Shown piece by piece: positions 26,364 to 40,400 of a stretch of DNA of 64,000 nt. A program made the translations under genes and the position numbers. This DNA is from the human T2T-CHM13v2.0 reference genome, Homo sapiens. Location of the stretch: NCBI RefSeq assembly GCF_009914755.1, contig NC_060936.1. The stretch is one strand, 5' to 3'. The notes under the pieces are model-generated. The model worked only from the letters and a program-made list of their open reading frames with translations. It made no database searches and had not been told where the DNA came from. Position 1 is the stretch's first letter; every line of letters begins with the position of its first letter.

Positions 26364-27439
26364 TTCTGGAGTCTGAGGATACGGTGGTGACAGGGCAAGG
26401 CTCCTACTCCCATGAAGCTTATATTCTGTTGCAGGAACCGGGATAGATACACAATAAACAAATGAGATTATTCTGGGAATGACAAGGGCTGACAAAGAAA
26501 GCAAATAGAATGTTGCGATGGTAGCTGTGGGAGTTACTTAGATCGACGGATTGGGGAAAGCTTTCTGAGAGGTGGCATATGAGCTGGGACCCCTCCAGAT
26601 GAGCTGGAGGCAACCCTGGAGATCTGGCAGACCCTACCAGGAGGAGTCAGACAGCAAGTGCTAATGGGGAAGGGGAAAACTTTCCAAAGGTTCTGAGGTT
26701 TAGGTTGGTTTCAAAGAGGGCCATTCACTCTGGGGCTTGAATGTGCTTTTATCCAATGAAGGTAGCCTAGACATCTGTTTGAAAAACCATTAGATTAGTA
26801 TTCTTTTTTGCAATATCTCGTTTTTTGGAAAGAGCTAAGCTTCCTAAAAAACGTATTTTTCTAGACTTCAGAGTTCCTTAAGAGTGGTGGTTTATCTTTC
26901 TGAGGTTGGCTGCCATGTTGATTCCTCCTCCCCTTTCCCAGAATTGGGAGTCTTACAGCTTTGTCTCTCCACTCAGTGCTCAGAGAATCACACACACAGT
27001 CCCAGGATAGGACATTCCAAAAAATAAAGAAGGGCACAGAGAAGGTGGGGGACCTTCCCCGCAACTTAGCCGCAGTTGGAGATTCAATAATTGAGCCTGA
27101 AAGATCACTTTAATTTCCTCAATAATAGTTTGGTGTTCTTATGTGTTAGGTTATAAAGCCCTAAAACGCAGTATAATTCAATACCATTGTGCTACAAACC
27201 CACTAACACTTTTTTCTTCACTGCCCAGCCTGGCTCCTCCTCTTAGGAGTCGCATGTCCATACAGAGTCCCAGAGAAATTCTACATCTTTCTCTGTGTTC
27301 TCCCAGACTGAACAGAAGACTGGAAATGTCTTCCCTTAGGTCTTTGCTGCCAATCTGGGAAATGTCAAAGGAATTAGCTTTTCTTTCTATACTTCTAGCA
27401 TGTATTTATCCTCGCTATAAATGTCACTTTTTTTACTGC

Positions 27440-27775
27440 TTGTGTGTCAGTCAGGTTGCTTTTGGCTGCAAGTGTCCTCATGACCCTAACAACAAGTTAC
27501 TGTGTCACATATCAAGTTCTGGGAGAGGGAATTCCAGGGGGAACAGGAAAGCGTGTCTTCCTTGAGTGAGGAACCCTCTCCAAGAACCCTCCAGCAGACT
27601 CCGCCATGCTTCATTGGCCAGGGGCTGGCCAGATATCTCTTTAGCAGGGAAGATGGGATTGGCTTGGGTGAATTGTGATGTGCCTCCATTGCTTGGGGAG
27701 AGGTGACATCCAAACAAAATCTGGGCACTCCCAGCAAGGGAGAAGGAGGGAGTGCTTCTGGGTAGGCAACGATTC
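27440..27775. mobile_element. MLT1K-like LTR
   Basis: tgtgtcagtcaggttgcttttggctgcaagt...cattggccagg...aacaaaatctgggcactcccagcaagggagaagg...gggtaggcaac. Confidence 0.65.
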
Positions 27776-29858
27776 CAACTTTATCATTTGTCTTCCTGGC
27801 AAGGACTCAGAAGATACTGACCATTTATATTTTTCTGGTTCTTCATCACATGCAAGAATGTCTTTTGTTATAATGATTAGAGAAATGATAATGATCGTGG
27901 GCCTTTGTTTCCCCTTGCCTGAGCTGGGCCTTCACAATGCACAGGCATTGCTTTTGATAAATTGGATTGACTTAGAGGATTTTAGACTTGGAAAGCCTTA
28001 AAGAACAGCCAGTTCAGTCTTTGTCTTTCCACACAGGGACACTGAGCCCAGGCTGCCATGTGGCCTGCCCAGGACCTCACCGCTTGTTCAGCTGAGGCCC
28101 GCACGCTTTGGGTGCACAGGCTCTTACTTTGTGTCTTTTTCCTAATTTCATGAAGCCTGGTCCCCGTTTGCCTCCAGCTAATCAATGCTATTGTACACGT
28201 TTAGGTCTTTATCTCAGTTGAAACCTGCACCAGAACTGGAGAACTAAGTAGTAGTCATATATAGCTCAGCATGAATATTAGATATTTCTTATTTTAAGTC
28301 TTCTCTTGAATCATTTAAAGACATTTCAATCACTTATTAACAGGTATGGAAGTTGTTTTGGGGGATGAGGACCTTCAGTCCTCTTCTTGGTCCTTCAGAA
28401 CCACATCATCTGGGTGGTGCCTCTTCTGCCCCTTCCTCCTCGAAGGCAGCTCTGCCACCACTAACAGCCACAGAGGAGAAGAGGAAGGGGACTTGCTTCA
28501 CGTGGGAAGGAGTGTCTCACCTGAAGCATCCTTGGACGCTTATTTAATTTAAAAATGTTTCATGAGCAACTTCTGAGCTCTGTTGTCCTCTTCCCCATGA
28601 GCGGAGGGTGGAATGAGGCTTGAGGATAAAGGACCCTGGGCCTTGAGAATGCTTCAAGCCCCGGAGATGAAGTTGTCTGTCTGACAGAGGTCCCCAAGTC
28701 TGCATCCAAGGAGAGGACCTCTCTTCTCTATGAAGAGATGCTTTGCTTCTGGAAACCCAAGTACAATCCTAGAAACCTAGGAGCTGGCCATTTGTACACC
28801 GAAAGTTTTCTTTTTTTCTGTGTGAATGGAATCCCCATCAGGATCCTATTAAAGTTCTCTGGGGAATTTAGAAAGGTCTTGATTTCCATGCTGGGGGTGT
28901 AGCCATGCATACCCTGTCTATAGTGAAACGTACATAGTATTTTCCATGAAGGGAAGTGCCTGCAAACTATTCAAAGTATCAGGCCACAGGAGCGACCAGC
29001 CAGGACTGAGAAGGTGGTGTAGGATGGGATGTCCGCCTGCGATCCATCTCCATGCTGTCCTGTCCTCATGTCCCCATAGGAACAGTTATGGACATTGGAC
29101 TTTTCCTTCTTACAGTCCCCCTCAGTTGTGGTGCTGTTGGCATTTTTGCAGGGACTGTTCGTTGTTAGGGGCTGTCTCACCCACTGAAGGGTAGACCTTG
29201 GTTAAGGTTAAGGATCCTTGAAGGTTTAGGATCCTTGGCTTTTACCTGCATTCAATTACCCACCCAGGTATTGCAGCAACCAGAAGTCCCGCACCAGCTT
29301 CTCGCCATCTCCCGTGGAGCAGACTGCTCTGGGCCTCTGTTACAGGACGGATTAGGAGTCAGGATTCTGGAGGTGGCTGCAGTCCTATGGCCAAGCCGGT
29401 ACCTGTACCTCCAGGGATCCGCATTCTTAGGAGGGTTTTCTGAATGTAGGGAAAGAGAGCACCAGGGGACACTGCTCCTTCAGGGTCACCCACCAGCCCC
29501 TCATGGCTTCACTCAGCCAAGAAGCACATTGTATCTCCTTGGGGCCCTCTGGCATCTCCTCTGCCTTCATACTTGGTCCTGGGTTGCATGCATTTGGGAT
29601 ATGTTTTCACACCAGAGAGCTTGCTAGACAGAGCCCAAGGGGATGGAACTGAGTGAAGTGACCTATAGGCCTACTTCTGGCCAAATCTCAGGGCCCAGGT
29701 CCCCGGCACAGGTCTTTGCTGCGTGTGATTTCTGCCCCTTCATGGGGGACCAGGAGGCTCTGCAGTCTTTTGGACATTAAATGATGCTTGCAAAACAACA
29801 ATGTGATGAGTTAGGAATGAATCAGAAGCAGACGAGGGACATTTAAAACCTCTTAGAT

Positions 29859-30781
29859 TACAGTCCCACCAACAGTGTAAAAGTGTTCCTATTTCTCCAC
29901 ATCCTCTCCAGCACCTGTTGTTTCCTGACTTTTTAATGATCGCCATTCTAACTGGTGTGAGATGGTATCTCATTGTGGTTTTGATTTGCATTTCTCTGAT
30001 GGCCAGTGATGATGAGCATTTTTTCATGTGTTTCTTGGCTGCATAAATGTCTTCTTTTGAGAAGTGTCTGTTCATGTCCTTCGCCCACTTTTTGATGGGG
30101 TTGTTTGTTTTTTTCTTGTAAATTTGTTTGAGTTCATTGTAGATTCTGGATATTAGCCCTAGTTCAACCATTGTGGAAGTCAGTGTGGCGATTCCTCAGG
30201 GATCTAGACCTAGAAATACCATTTGACCCAGCCATCCCATTACTGGATATATACCCAAATGACTATAAATCATGTTGCTATAAAGACACATGCACACGTA
30301 TGTTTATTGCAGCATTATTCACAATAGCAAAGACTTGGAACCAACCCAAATGTCCAACAATGATAGACTGGATTAAGAAAATGTGGCACATATACATCAT
30401 GGAATACTATGCAGCCATAAAAAATGATGAGTTCGTGTCCTTTGTAGGGACATGGATGAAATTGGAAATCATCATTCTCAGTAAACTATCACAAGAACAA
30501 AAAACTAAACACTGCATATTCTCACTCATAGGTGGGAATTGAACAGTGAGATCACATGGACACAGGAAGGGGAATATCACACTCTGGGGACTGTGGTGGG
30601 GTTGGGGGAGGGGGGAGGGATAGCATTGGGAGATATACCTAATGCTAGATGATGAGTTAGTGGGTGCAGCGCACCAGCATGGCACATGTATACATATGTA
30701 ACTAACCTGCACAATGTGCACATGTACCCTAAAACTTTAATAAAAAAAAATAAATTAATTAAAAAAAACAAAAACAAAAAA
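29859..30781 (+). mobile_element. 5'-truncated, 5'-inverted L1PA2-like element
   Basis: Antisense ORF2 segment 29859-30160, then sense ORF2 C-terminus, 3'UTR and poly(A). 14-bp TSD aaaacctcttagat (29845-29858, 30782-30795). 3'UTR has GAG (gatgatgagttag) rather than the L1HS ACA/ACG. Confidence 0.95.
30171..30542 (+). pseudogene. L1 ORF2p C-terminal remnant
   Basis: Translation ...IPFDPAIPLL...CTRMFIAALFTIAKTWNQPKCP...FSLIGGN* is the L1 ORF2p C-terminus. The upstream part ([19 protein letters not shown]...) is on the minus strand. Confidence 0.9.
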
Positions 30782-31269
30782 AAAACCTCTTAGATACTCA
30801 TTCCCTCATGCTCACGTTCCTCCCCAAAGAACCTCCTCCCTTCCCAGGGAGAGGGTCTTGGCCACATGTGTGGGAGGCTCTGCAAAGCCAGTGAGCTCTT
30901 CCACCCACAGCAGTCCCAGGGCCCTGACATTCCTCCTTCCCTTTCCTGGTTGCCAGACTTTCTAGAAGGAAGCCATGTATTCGGGCACTTCTGAAGGGCT
31001 GGGTGAAACTAGGCAACAGACTTCTGCACGTTACACTGGGAAAGCCAGTGTGTGGAGGTGCAGCGTGACCTGAACCAGTCCTGAGAGGCCAGGTGTCCAC
31101 ACTTGGCTGTGGGGCTTGGCTGGTGGGGGCAGGGCATGTAGCCTGGGTACAGGGAGGAGGGGGACTGCCCAGAGGCACTCACTCTTAATTTGGCTTTCTC
31201 TTCGGGTCTCATTATGTGTCACTTAATGTGAAAAGTCTGCTTTAGACTCCTATTCTAAATCACCTTAAC

Positions 31270-31445
31270 CTTTCATCTTGCCCTGTGGTGCTCTTGGCTC
31301 CTATAGCACTGAAAACAATGTGTAATTCTATATTTATTTATATGTTTATTATCTGTCACCCCCAGTAGATGGTAAACTGCATGAGTTGGGGTCCTGTGCA
31401 TTGCAAGTGCTGGCATCTTAGTAGCTGCAGAATGAATAAACAGTG
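31270..31445 (+). mobile_element. L2 3' end
   Basis: tatttatttatatgtttattatctgtcacccccagtagatggtaaactgcatgag...gaatgaataaa. Confidence 0.7.
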
Positions 31446-31503
31446 GCAGTAGCATCCTCTCCGGCTGAGTTTTTAGAGTAGGAAGTAGGCAGAAGGTTTG
31501 GGG

Positions 31504-31857
31504 TCATCTTAGTTTGCTCAGGCTCCTATAACAAAATACCGCAGTGGGGGGACTACAAAGACGGAAATGTATTTCTCACAGACCTGGAGGCTGGGCAGCC
31601 CCAGGATCAAGGTGCCAGCAGATTTGGTGTCTGGTGAGGGCCTTCTTCCTGGCTCGTGGACATTTGTCTCCTCACTGTGTCCTCATATAGTGGAAGGGGC
31701 GAGGGAGCTCTCTGGAGTCTCTAAGAGTGTTAATCTCATTCGTGAGTGCTCTGCCCCATGACCTAATTGCCTACGAAAGCCCCTCCCCCAATATCATCAC
31801 ACTGGGGGCTAGGATTTCAGCATAGGAATTTGGGGGGACACATTCAGTCTGTCACCA
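31504..31857 (-). mobile_element. MLT1A/A0 MaLR solo LTR
   Basis: tcttagtttgctcaggctcctataacaaaatacc...gatcaaggtgccagcagatttggtgtctggtgagggcc...ggaatttggggggacacattcagtc. Confidence 0.88.
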
Positions 31858-32189
31858 TGTACATGGACTGTGCAGTGGGAATTACCCTGATTTGAGGAGT
31901 GTTTAGGGAGGGGGAGGGCGAGCTGGACAGACCTGGGATGGCTCCGCGTAAACCGTGTCTGCAGCATCCTGGGAGCCTGCTTGAGATCCGGCCCTTCTAA
32001 GGAGCTCCAGGAGACTTACAACCCAGCCCTTGGAAGGAGATCCAGAGGGAAGAAGGCCAGTTGATGACTTATGAAATGTGGATTTGTATTTTCAGAAGTG
32101 CAGAGTAGTATTTTAAAAAAGCAGATGAGACTCTGAGGGTTGGGAGAATGGCAGAGCATGGGAAGTGGAGGCTGCTTCGGATCCGAGAG

Positions 32190-32430
32190 GAGGCACTGTG
32201 AGATGTGGAAAGAGCTTGGGCTTTGGAATGGAACCTGCATTTGATTCTAGATTTCACCGCTGAGTAGTTATGTAGCTTTTGGCCAAGTCACTTATCCAGT
32301 CTGAGACTCAGCATTTTTATCTGCAAAATGGGGCTAGTAACACTGCCCTCTTTGAGTTGTCATGAATATTCAATGAGATGATGTGTGTACCCACCTCCCT
32401 ACCTACTCACTGTCCAATGAGTGTTTGTTC
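32190..32430 (+). mobile_element. MIR
   Basis: gtggaaagagcttgggctttggaat...aagtcacttatccagtctgagactcagcatttttatctgcaaaatgggg. Confidence 0.75.
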
Positions 32431-33331
32431 TTTGTTCCTTTTCTCTCTTGAATAGCCAGCGTGGCCAGTTTTAAATTTCTCTTGCTCTCCAATCTAGTCT
32501 AATTTATTCTGTCAGCTGTCACATCTACTAACTAGGTAGTCCATAGGTGCATATTATATGCATGTAATGGACCCATTGTTGTGTGAAGGGTGGTGAAGAT
32601 TTAGGAGCACAGATTTATCCTGCAGACCATCTCCCACATGAATGTGTTCCTGGGAGAATACATTTTGGATTTTTAATACCCATGCTTCGTATTTTATACA
32701 CATATTTTAATAAAATGATTTTAAGCTGCTGTTTATATAGGAAATTATATTTACAGCCTCCAAATGCAATATAACATTTTAGTGAAAAGTCTTGAGTTAC
32801 ATTTCAAGTACAGTTGATAGAATGTGGGAATCTCTTGTGGGTGTTGTGTAGAGCCCGTCGAGTGTCAATAAAGGGGACTTGCTTTGGGGATGTGTCTGGG
32901 CCCCAGGACCACATTCGAGGAGCATCTTTCCCTTCCCAAGGCAAGGCATCTTGGCTACATGTGTTGGAGGATTTGCAGAGCCAGGATTTGGGGGATAGAC
33001 CAGGCTGCTTTCCCGACCCATGACACACCTGGACTCTTCCCTTCCCTTTTTCTGGCTGACAGTCTTCCTAGAAAGAGGTCATTTGTTTGGCCCCTCCATG
33101 GGGCTGTGTGAAGTCAGCTGACGGGCTTCTGCACATTAAGCGGAGAGGTCAGGAGCACGTTATATTCATTGTGATAGTTTGTGTGATAGTTCTACTATAT
33201 AATAGACATTATGCTGTATTTTGTTACTTTTAGGAAATACATGATGAAGTGTTTTGGTTACATTTTAGGAAATTGGCTTTGAGTTGACATGTAATGCATT
33301 ATAATTTTTCTTATTTAAAAGATGAGAAATA

Positions 33332-33647
33332 GGCCAGGTGCGGTGGCTCAAGCCTGTAATCCCAGTATTTTGGGAGGCTGAGGTGGGAGGCTCACTTGAG
33401 CTCAGGAGTTGGAGACCAGCCTGGGCAACATAGCAACACCTCGTCTCTACAAAAAAAAGTAAAAAAAATTAGTCAGGTGTGGTGGTGTGCACCTGTAGTC
33501 TCATTTATTCTGGAGGCTGACACAGGATGATTACTTGGGCCCAGGAAGTTGAGGCTGCAGTGAGCTGAGAGTTGAGATCGTGCCACTGTATTCCAGCTTG
33601 GGTGACAGAGCCAGACCCTGTCTCAAAAACAAAACAAACAAAAAAAA
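33332..33647 (+). mobile_element. AluJ element
   Basis: cacttgagctcaggagttggagaccagcctgggcaacatagc...gaggctgcagtgagc...gaccctgtctc. TSD core atgagaaat on both sides. Confidence 0.92.
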
Positions 33648-36600
33648 CCATGAGAAATTGGCTAGCGTTTCCCACAGAACATCTGACTTTCGGGAAAGTC
33701 TTATTGATGTGTGCCTTTTTTACAAATGGTCCCTATCTTCAAGGCGTGGATAGTGTTTTTAGGGAGACAGAACAAACAATAAGAATGGAGCATTCATATA
33801 AGGAACATAACAAATAGCACAAGGAGGTACGCAGCCAAATTAGTGGACCTTTGAGGACGGCAGGGCTGGAGAGGATGGGTAGCAACCACATACGCCATGG
33901 CTCTTGGAATTTCAGACTTTAGCAGTTTCTCAATGAATGTTCCTTAAGTACCTGTCATGCACAGGTGCTGTGCCAAGTATAAAGTGATAAGCAAGGAAGC
34001 GGAAAACGTAGCATGATGCCCAGCCTGAACTTCTCTATGTCTAAGAGGAATGAGAAGACATTAAAAACACACAGCACAACATGATTCAAGGTAGAAAAGT
34101 TACAATGTGCTAAAAGAGAAGAACAGCTAGACAACGCACTGCTCAGAGAGGGGAGATGACGTGCACATCTGAGAGGTTGCTGTGGCTTTGGCTAGGACAG
34201 TTATCTTAGCTGAGATGGCCTTAAGGCAAGGTCTTGATGAGGGCTGCCCATGTTATTAACACCTGGCACTGCAGTGCCCGTTAGAGTGGATGCCGCCGGC
34301 TGAGGGAGCTGGCAGGCTCTGGAGCCCTCTGTCCCCTAGGCATAAATCTGCTATGCAGTGCATTGGAGGGAAGCTCCAGGGACCTAAGGAAGGATGTCTG
34401 GGTGGTGGGTGGCATTTGAGGGACTCAGGGCACTGATATTTACCAACCCATACAGTGTTTTACTGTTTAATGACCAGTATGTTTTACCATGCACAGTAGC
34501 TGAAGATCAGCCCAAATTGGACCCCAGGGGTAGGTAAGCTAATGAAGCCAGAGGTGTAGGCTATCCATCCTCTTTTGTCCCAATCCAGGAAATGTATTTT
34601 ACCCAATAACAACAGTCCTGTGTTCTTGGAGGGTGTTCCACCTGGCGTAACCTAAGGGTCTAACTTAGGGTTTAAGTACCCTACATTGAAATAATAGAGA
34701 AACCTGTGACCTGACCACTCTAATGATTCTAATCAAAGTGCTCCAGCACTGTGATCCCTGCCCCAGACCCCTGGGCCTCACCCCCATCCAGTAAATAGAG
34801 GGTTTGTGCATGGCAAAGCTGAGGGCCGCAGAGCCCCGCGCCAGCTCTCCCGGCCAGCAGCGTCCATGCTGATGGTGGTGTTTGTGCAGCACCTGGTATG
34901 AAATCTTGTAGCTATCACCCCCCTGGTTCCCATGCCTGCCACTTCTATCAGTAAGACGCAGCGAGTCACACAGTACCACAGTGAAGTCTTGGTTTTGGAT
35001 GAGGTATGTGATTATAAGAATTTGTTTTTATAAAAACAATAATCATCCTAAAAACCTGTGTAAGCCTCCCCTCTGCAAACCAGTATGGTCTGAAAGAAAA
35101 CCAAGTAAAACAAACACCAACAATCCTTATGAACAAAGGAGTGGGAAGGGGTATGTTCGACGGTTGTAATAGTAAGAAACTCACGGGGAGGAGTCATAGT
35201 GTGCTTGAAGTTTGGTGGCTCTCTGAAGACAAATGGCGCTCCATCTGTGTGAAAGGGAGCGAGGGAGTGGGGGAGGCACGCCCGTGGCTGCTCTGTAGCT
35301 GGGGTGCTGTTTCATAAGGTGGTTCACTGACTGGTACCACCGTCACACAGCGCCCTATTACCAGTTGTTTACCCAAGAATAAAGAATCCGAATTATATTT
35401 TAGAAATACAATTTAGGGAGCTGAAGTTTAAAATAACTATCTTGAGCTTCAGAAAGCTCATCTCTGGAAAATATTCACAGAGGGATATTTGTACTTCCAA
35501 GGGAATCTGATGGGGCAAGAAGCAAGTCAGATTTCTCTACTTTTCAGTTAATGGACTCCTTAAAGATTATGTTCGTATTCCTTTAAAATAGTAATTGCTT
35601 TGTTTCCTCAAGAGCCAAGATCCATCCAGTCCCTAAATCAAATTCTCAACTAAAATCAGAAGGTTTAAGATACAGTTATTTTAAGTGCTGCATACTCTTA
35701 AAAATGTGTGTCTGGTTATGTTGTGTATATAAGTGGCTCATATCAGAGATGCAGCAAGTCAAGCTATATAAAATTCAGTAACACATGCCAGAGAAGGAAG
35801 GAGGGAAGAGAGAGAGATTGAAAGAGAGAAAGAGATGCTTATCCTTTTCTCCAGGAGAGGCTCGAATTTTACTTTCAACTTGTTTCTAAAAATGGCAGAT
35901 GCAAAGTAAGAAAACAAATGTATCTGTTGCAGGAAGGAAGGAAGGACAGAGAGGGGAATCTGATCTTCAGCCTGATGTGATATGTTTTTATCTGAATGCT
36001 TTTGCAATAGAACATCTGGGAGGCAAGTGAGAATTGGGGTATGCCTATGTTTCAACAGTTTCATTAGGGTCACAGACCTTTATTTCCCAGGGCTGTGATA
36101 GAAAATATGAACTCTTCCATAGTTGGGAGTTGAGGAAGGGGTAGGCTGAAACAGTGGCATCTGTAACAGTGCATGCCATCAGTGGGATGTGATGATAGTG
36201 CTTATCACAATAGCTTTAAGACTTATGCCCTCTTTCTTTGGAAGCATTTAAATAGCTAGCCTTGTTTCTCTTTCCTAGGAGGAAGCCTGGGATTGATGTT
36301 GGTACCTCCAACCTGAAGTCTGGGAAATTGGTGGGGGGTTTGTTGACTCAAGTTTATAAGTGGATTTTTAACCCAGTTCACGTGGTGCTTGTGCTGACAC
36401 TGACATTTTGTGCTGCATGATCTGGAAGTTGAGGCAAACATTATCAATGTTAGACTGGCAGAATCTGAGAGGACAGGGTCCCAGTTTCAAAGTTTAGAAA
36501 CATTTCATTGATCAAAGTGTATTAGAGAAAAAAGCATTAAGTTAATTTTTTCATTCAGTCATTCAGTCATGCAACATACCTTTCTTGATCATCTGCCAGG

Positions 36601-37349
36601 ACCCCAGCACATTTCTGGAGGCTGTATTTGGGGGCAGATTGAAGCTAGGTGCAGTATCATCTCCTCTCTGGTAACTCCTTTCCAATTGAATCTGCAGCTA
36701 TAACTGGTATTTTGTGCCACAGAGAAGGAAGAAAGTATACAGGTGGGCAAGCTGGGATTATGTGTATCAAGATGGTTATAGTAATGGAGGAACTATCTCT
36801 TGGGATGCATTTTAGCAGAAAGGAACATAAAGCATTCAAAAGAGTTCTATTCTCTAGTTAGTGTCAGGACTGACTTTTCTTTGTTCTGTGGTCAAGGAAG
36901 GCCCTACTGAAAACCCAGGAATCAAGGTGGGTGTTTGCATGAAGGTCCCTTCAGCGTCAGCAATGAGAGCAGTAAATCAGGCAGAGCTCCCTGAATTAGG
37001 AGTCCTCCCAGGCAGTCAGGTCAAGGTCAGATTTAATTTGGGATTTTGTAGTTTACAGGATGCTACCCACTTTCTTACACCTCACAGTAACCATGTTCCA
37101 GCAGCTTATTGGATTGGTCCAGGCTGTGCCTGGTGGTGAGAACGTCAGGTTTTGTGGGCACATGGCTTCACCAGGAGAGGTCTGGGGTGTCTCATGTTGG
37201 TAGAGAAGGAGTATGTCCGTGGACTCTAACTTCTCTAGAGGCAATGCCAAAGGCAAACTGGATAGCTGTTGCTGCTGTAGTTTTGTAAATCTATGACCCT
37301 CTGTTGAGGCCTCTTTAACTCTAGCAGCCTTATGCATCTTTATGATTAA

Positions 37350-38003
<654 letters not shown>

Positions 38004-39974
38004 TAAATGTGTGTTTCTTGCACTGATAGCAAAATTAGCCACTGTTTACATTTCCTGAGCACTCATCAGCCTGTGGTAGAGAGAACTCAAAGGTAAGTGT
38101 GGTTGCAAGGAAAGAAACCGGGAATCCAGTGGTTGCCGCTAGCTTCATTCAATGTATAGATCCAGATTATTACATATTATCTGAATTAAACAATTTTACT
38201 TTAGAGAGATCATGCAGGTTCTGTGTTTGAGGAAATCTTACGGTTGCTTATAAAGGAAATCATTGCCCCAAAATTCTGGATTTCAACTAATCTGATCTGC
38301 TTAAAGCATGACACCTGCATACTTGCTAACTTATTTTTTGAGAATAGAGAGTTAGATCAGGAATAGGATTCAGTCCTTAGAATGCAGAGCTTATAATTTT
38401 AGAAAGGTATGTATTTTATTTAGGCCAGGTATTTTTACTGTTAATATATTTACTGTTTTATCTAGAATGTTGACTCTGTTATGATTGAGTCAGTTGCCCC
38501 TTCCCCACTTCCTCTTTCCTCTGTGTATTTATTGCACACTGACTAAGTGTCTGGTGTGACAGCAGGTGCTGCGGTCATGAGGGTGACTAGTTAGACATGG
38601 TTTCTGCCTTCATGGAGCTTACAGTCTGGTGGGAGGGATGGACAAAGGAAGCACAGAACTGGACACCATGCATTTTCTCCTCTGACATCAGAGCCAAACT
38701 GGAAGATCCTGAAAATAATTCTATTGCATGTCCCTTGGAGATATTAACACATTGCTCAGTGATGTTGATTGTTAAAATATCCTCTTGTTTGGAATTGTTA
38801 TCACAGTGGCTCCTCTGGCGGTAGCATGCTTATAAAAGCAACCAGGAACTGCCCATGTGCCCAGTCTAGGCTCCTGACTCCCACAGATGCCTCTGGGGCT
38901 GGGGCCCGGCTAAATATTTTCCAGGAGAAAAGTCAGTCAGGAGCCAGCGCCTGCCATTTCCCATTCTTTCAGAGCCAAGGAGCTGGACGGGCATCTGACA
39001 GCCTGGAAGGGCCCTGCTCCAATCTGGAACTGAGGTTAACGCTTCAGGTCAGCTACTTCCTAAGGGAAGGAAAAATCCCTCCCAGGGATTTTTTTACTTT
39101 GAGCTTTCTCTGGTGCTGCTTGTTGCTGGCCTTCAGATTTTGGCCACCACTATCTTCGGGTACTATTTTCTCTGCCTCCCTTGGAGAGGTGACCTTCCCC
39201 TTCTGTGCAGGGCCCTGTCTGTCCCATGTGGTCTTCCAGGGCTGGGGTGAGGAGGAGGCGGCGAGATTATTGCCTGTTACACATGGACATCTAGACGGGG
39301 GAAGAAACATAACAGCTTTATTTTTAGGCTTTGCTAATTCTCACTCTTCTCCTAGTTCGCTGCTACCTGGCAACAGCTTATTGTCATGGCAACACCGATG
39401 TTAATGAGTGAAACTCTCAGTGTGTCTGCTCTCCTGGTGCTCTGACAGACACCGTGTGGAGCTATCTTTCTGGCCATCAGAGGCTAAACGCTAGGCTTCC
39501 TTCCCCTCTGCAGGCCTCCCAGGCCCCGGGCCCCGTCCACAGAGGGAAGGCACGGAGGCAGCGTTGACAAGGGATTTATGGCTCTGCTTACACATTCCCA
39601 GCTTCTCCTCTCTTCACGGATGGGCTGCTGCTCTCGCACTGCCCCTCCTCCCGCAGTCCATCCGTCCACATTTTTAAGCGGTAGCTGTAGCCCATTTTCT
39701 CATGTCTAGGGCACCTCAAGATTTGAGCCGGTTTTTACAGCACCTTCTCTGCAGTTGATCAGCAGGGCTGAATCGCGAGTTTGGGAGAGGAGATTTGTGG
39801 CTGGAACTGGCGCTCACATTGGGGAGGGAAGACCTGCACCTTCAGCTCTTAGGCTGAGAGTCAGTAACACCACCATAGCTTCTTGTCTTGCTTCTCTGAC
39901 ATCTGTCCCTCAAGGGTGCCTTTGCAGCATTACAATAATTGTGAGGAAGAGCAGGCAGAGTCTGCTCCAGCCTC

Positions 39975-40400
39975 CTTGTGCCTCAGTTTGTCCATCTCTA
40001 AAGCAGCGCATATCTGAAATTGGATGGTCCTTAAGTTGGCGCTGCTGAGGAGGGGTTCATGTGAAGTGCTCTGGGCTCCTGCTCACCATTTCTATGATGT
40101 GGGTAACTTGCTCGACCCCTCTGTGACTCCACTTCTCACTTGTAAATAAGGATAGTAATAGTACCTACCTCAGAGTGTCATTGCAGGACTCCAACCAGAT
40201 ACATATGTGTCCGGGGCTTATAATAAAATCATGGTTCAATAAATCTTAGTTCTTACTACGTGTGGTCATTATTCAGTCTTCACACTGATCTCGTGAACTA
40301 GGACTATTATTCTTGAATTACAAAGAAGGAAACTGAAGCATGGAGAGGTTGAGCAACTGCCAAGGTCGCTGGAAGCAACATGAAGCCTAGGCGTGCCCTG
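39975..40400. mobile_element. Cluster of MIR fragments in both orientations
   Basis: tgcctcagtttgtccatctctaaa; cacttgtaaataaggatagtaatagtacctacctcagag; aggaaactgaagcatggagaggttgagcaactgccaaggtc. Confidence 0.7.

Noticed and set aside
38769-39404. 211-aa ORF (likewise 22484-23077 and 13055-13615)
   Set aside because: No recognisable family and random-like composition; such lengths occur by chance in 64 kb over six frames.
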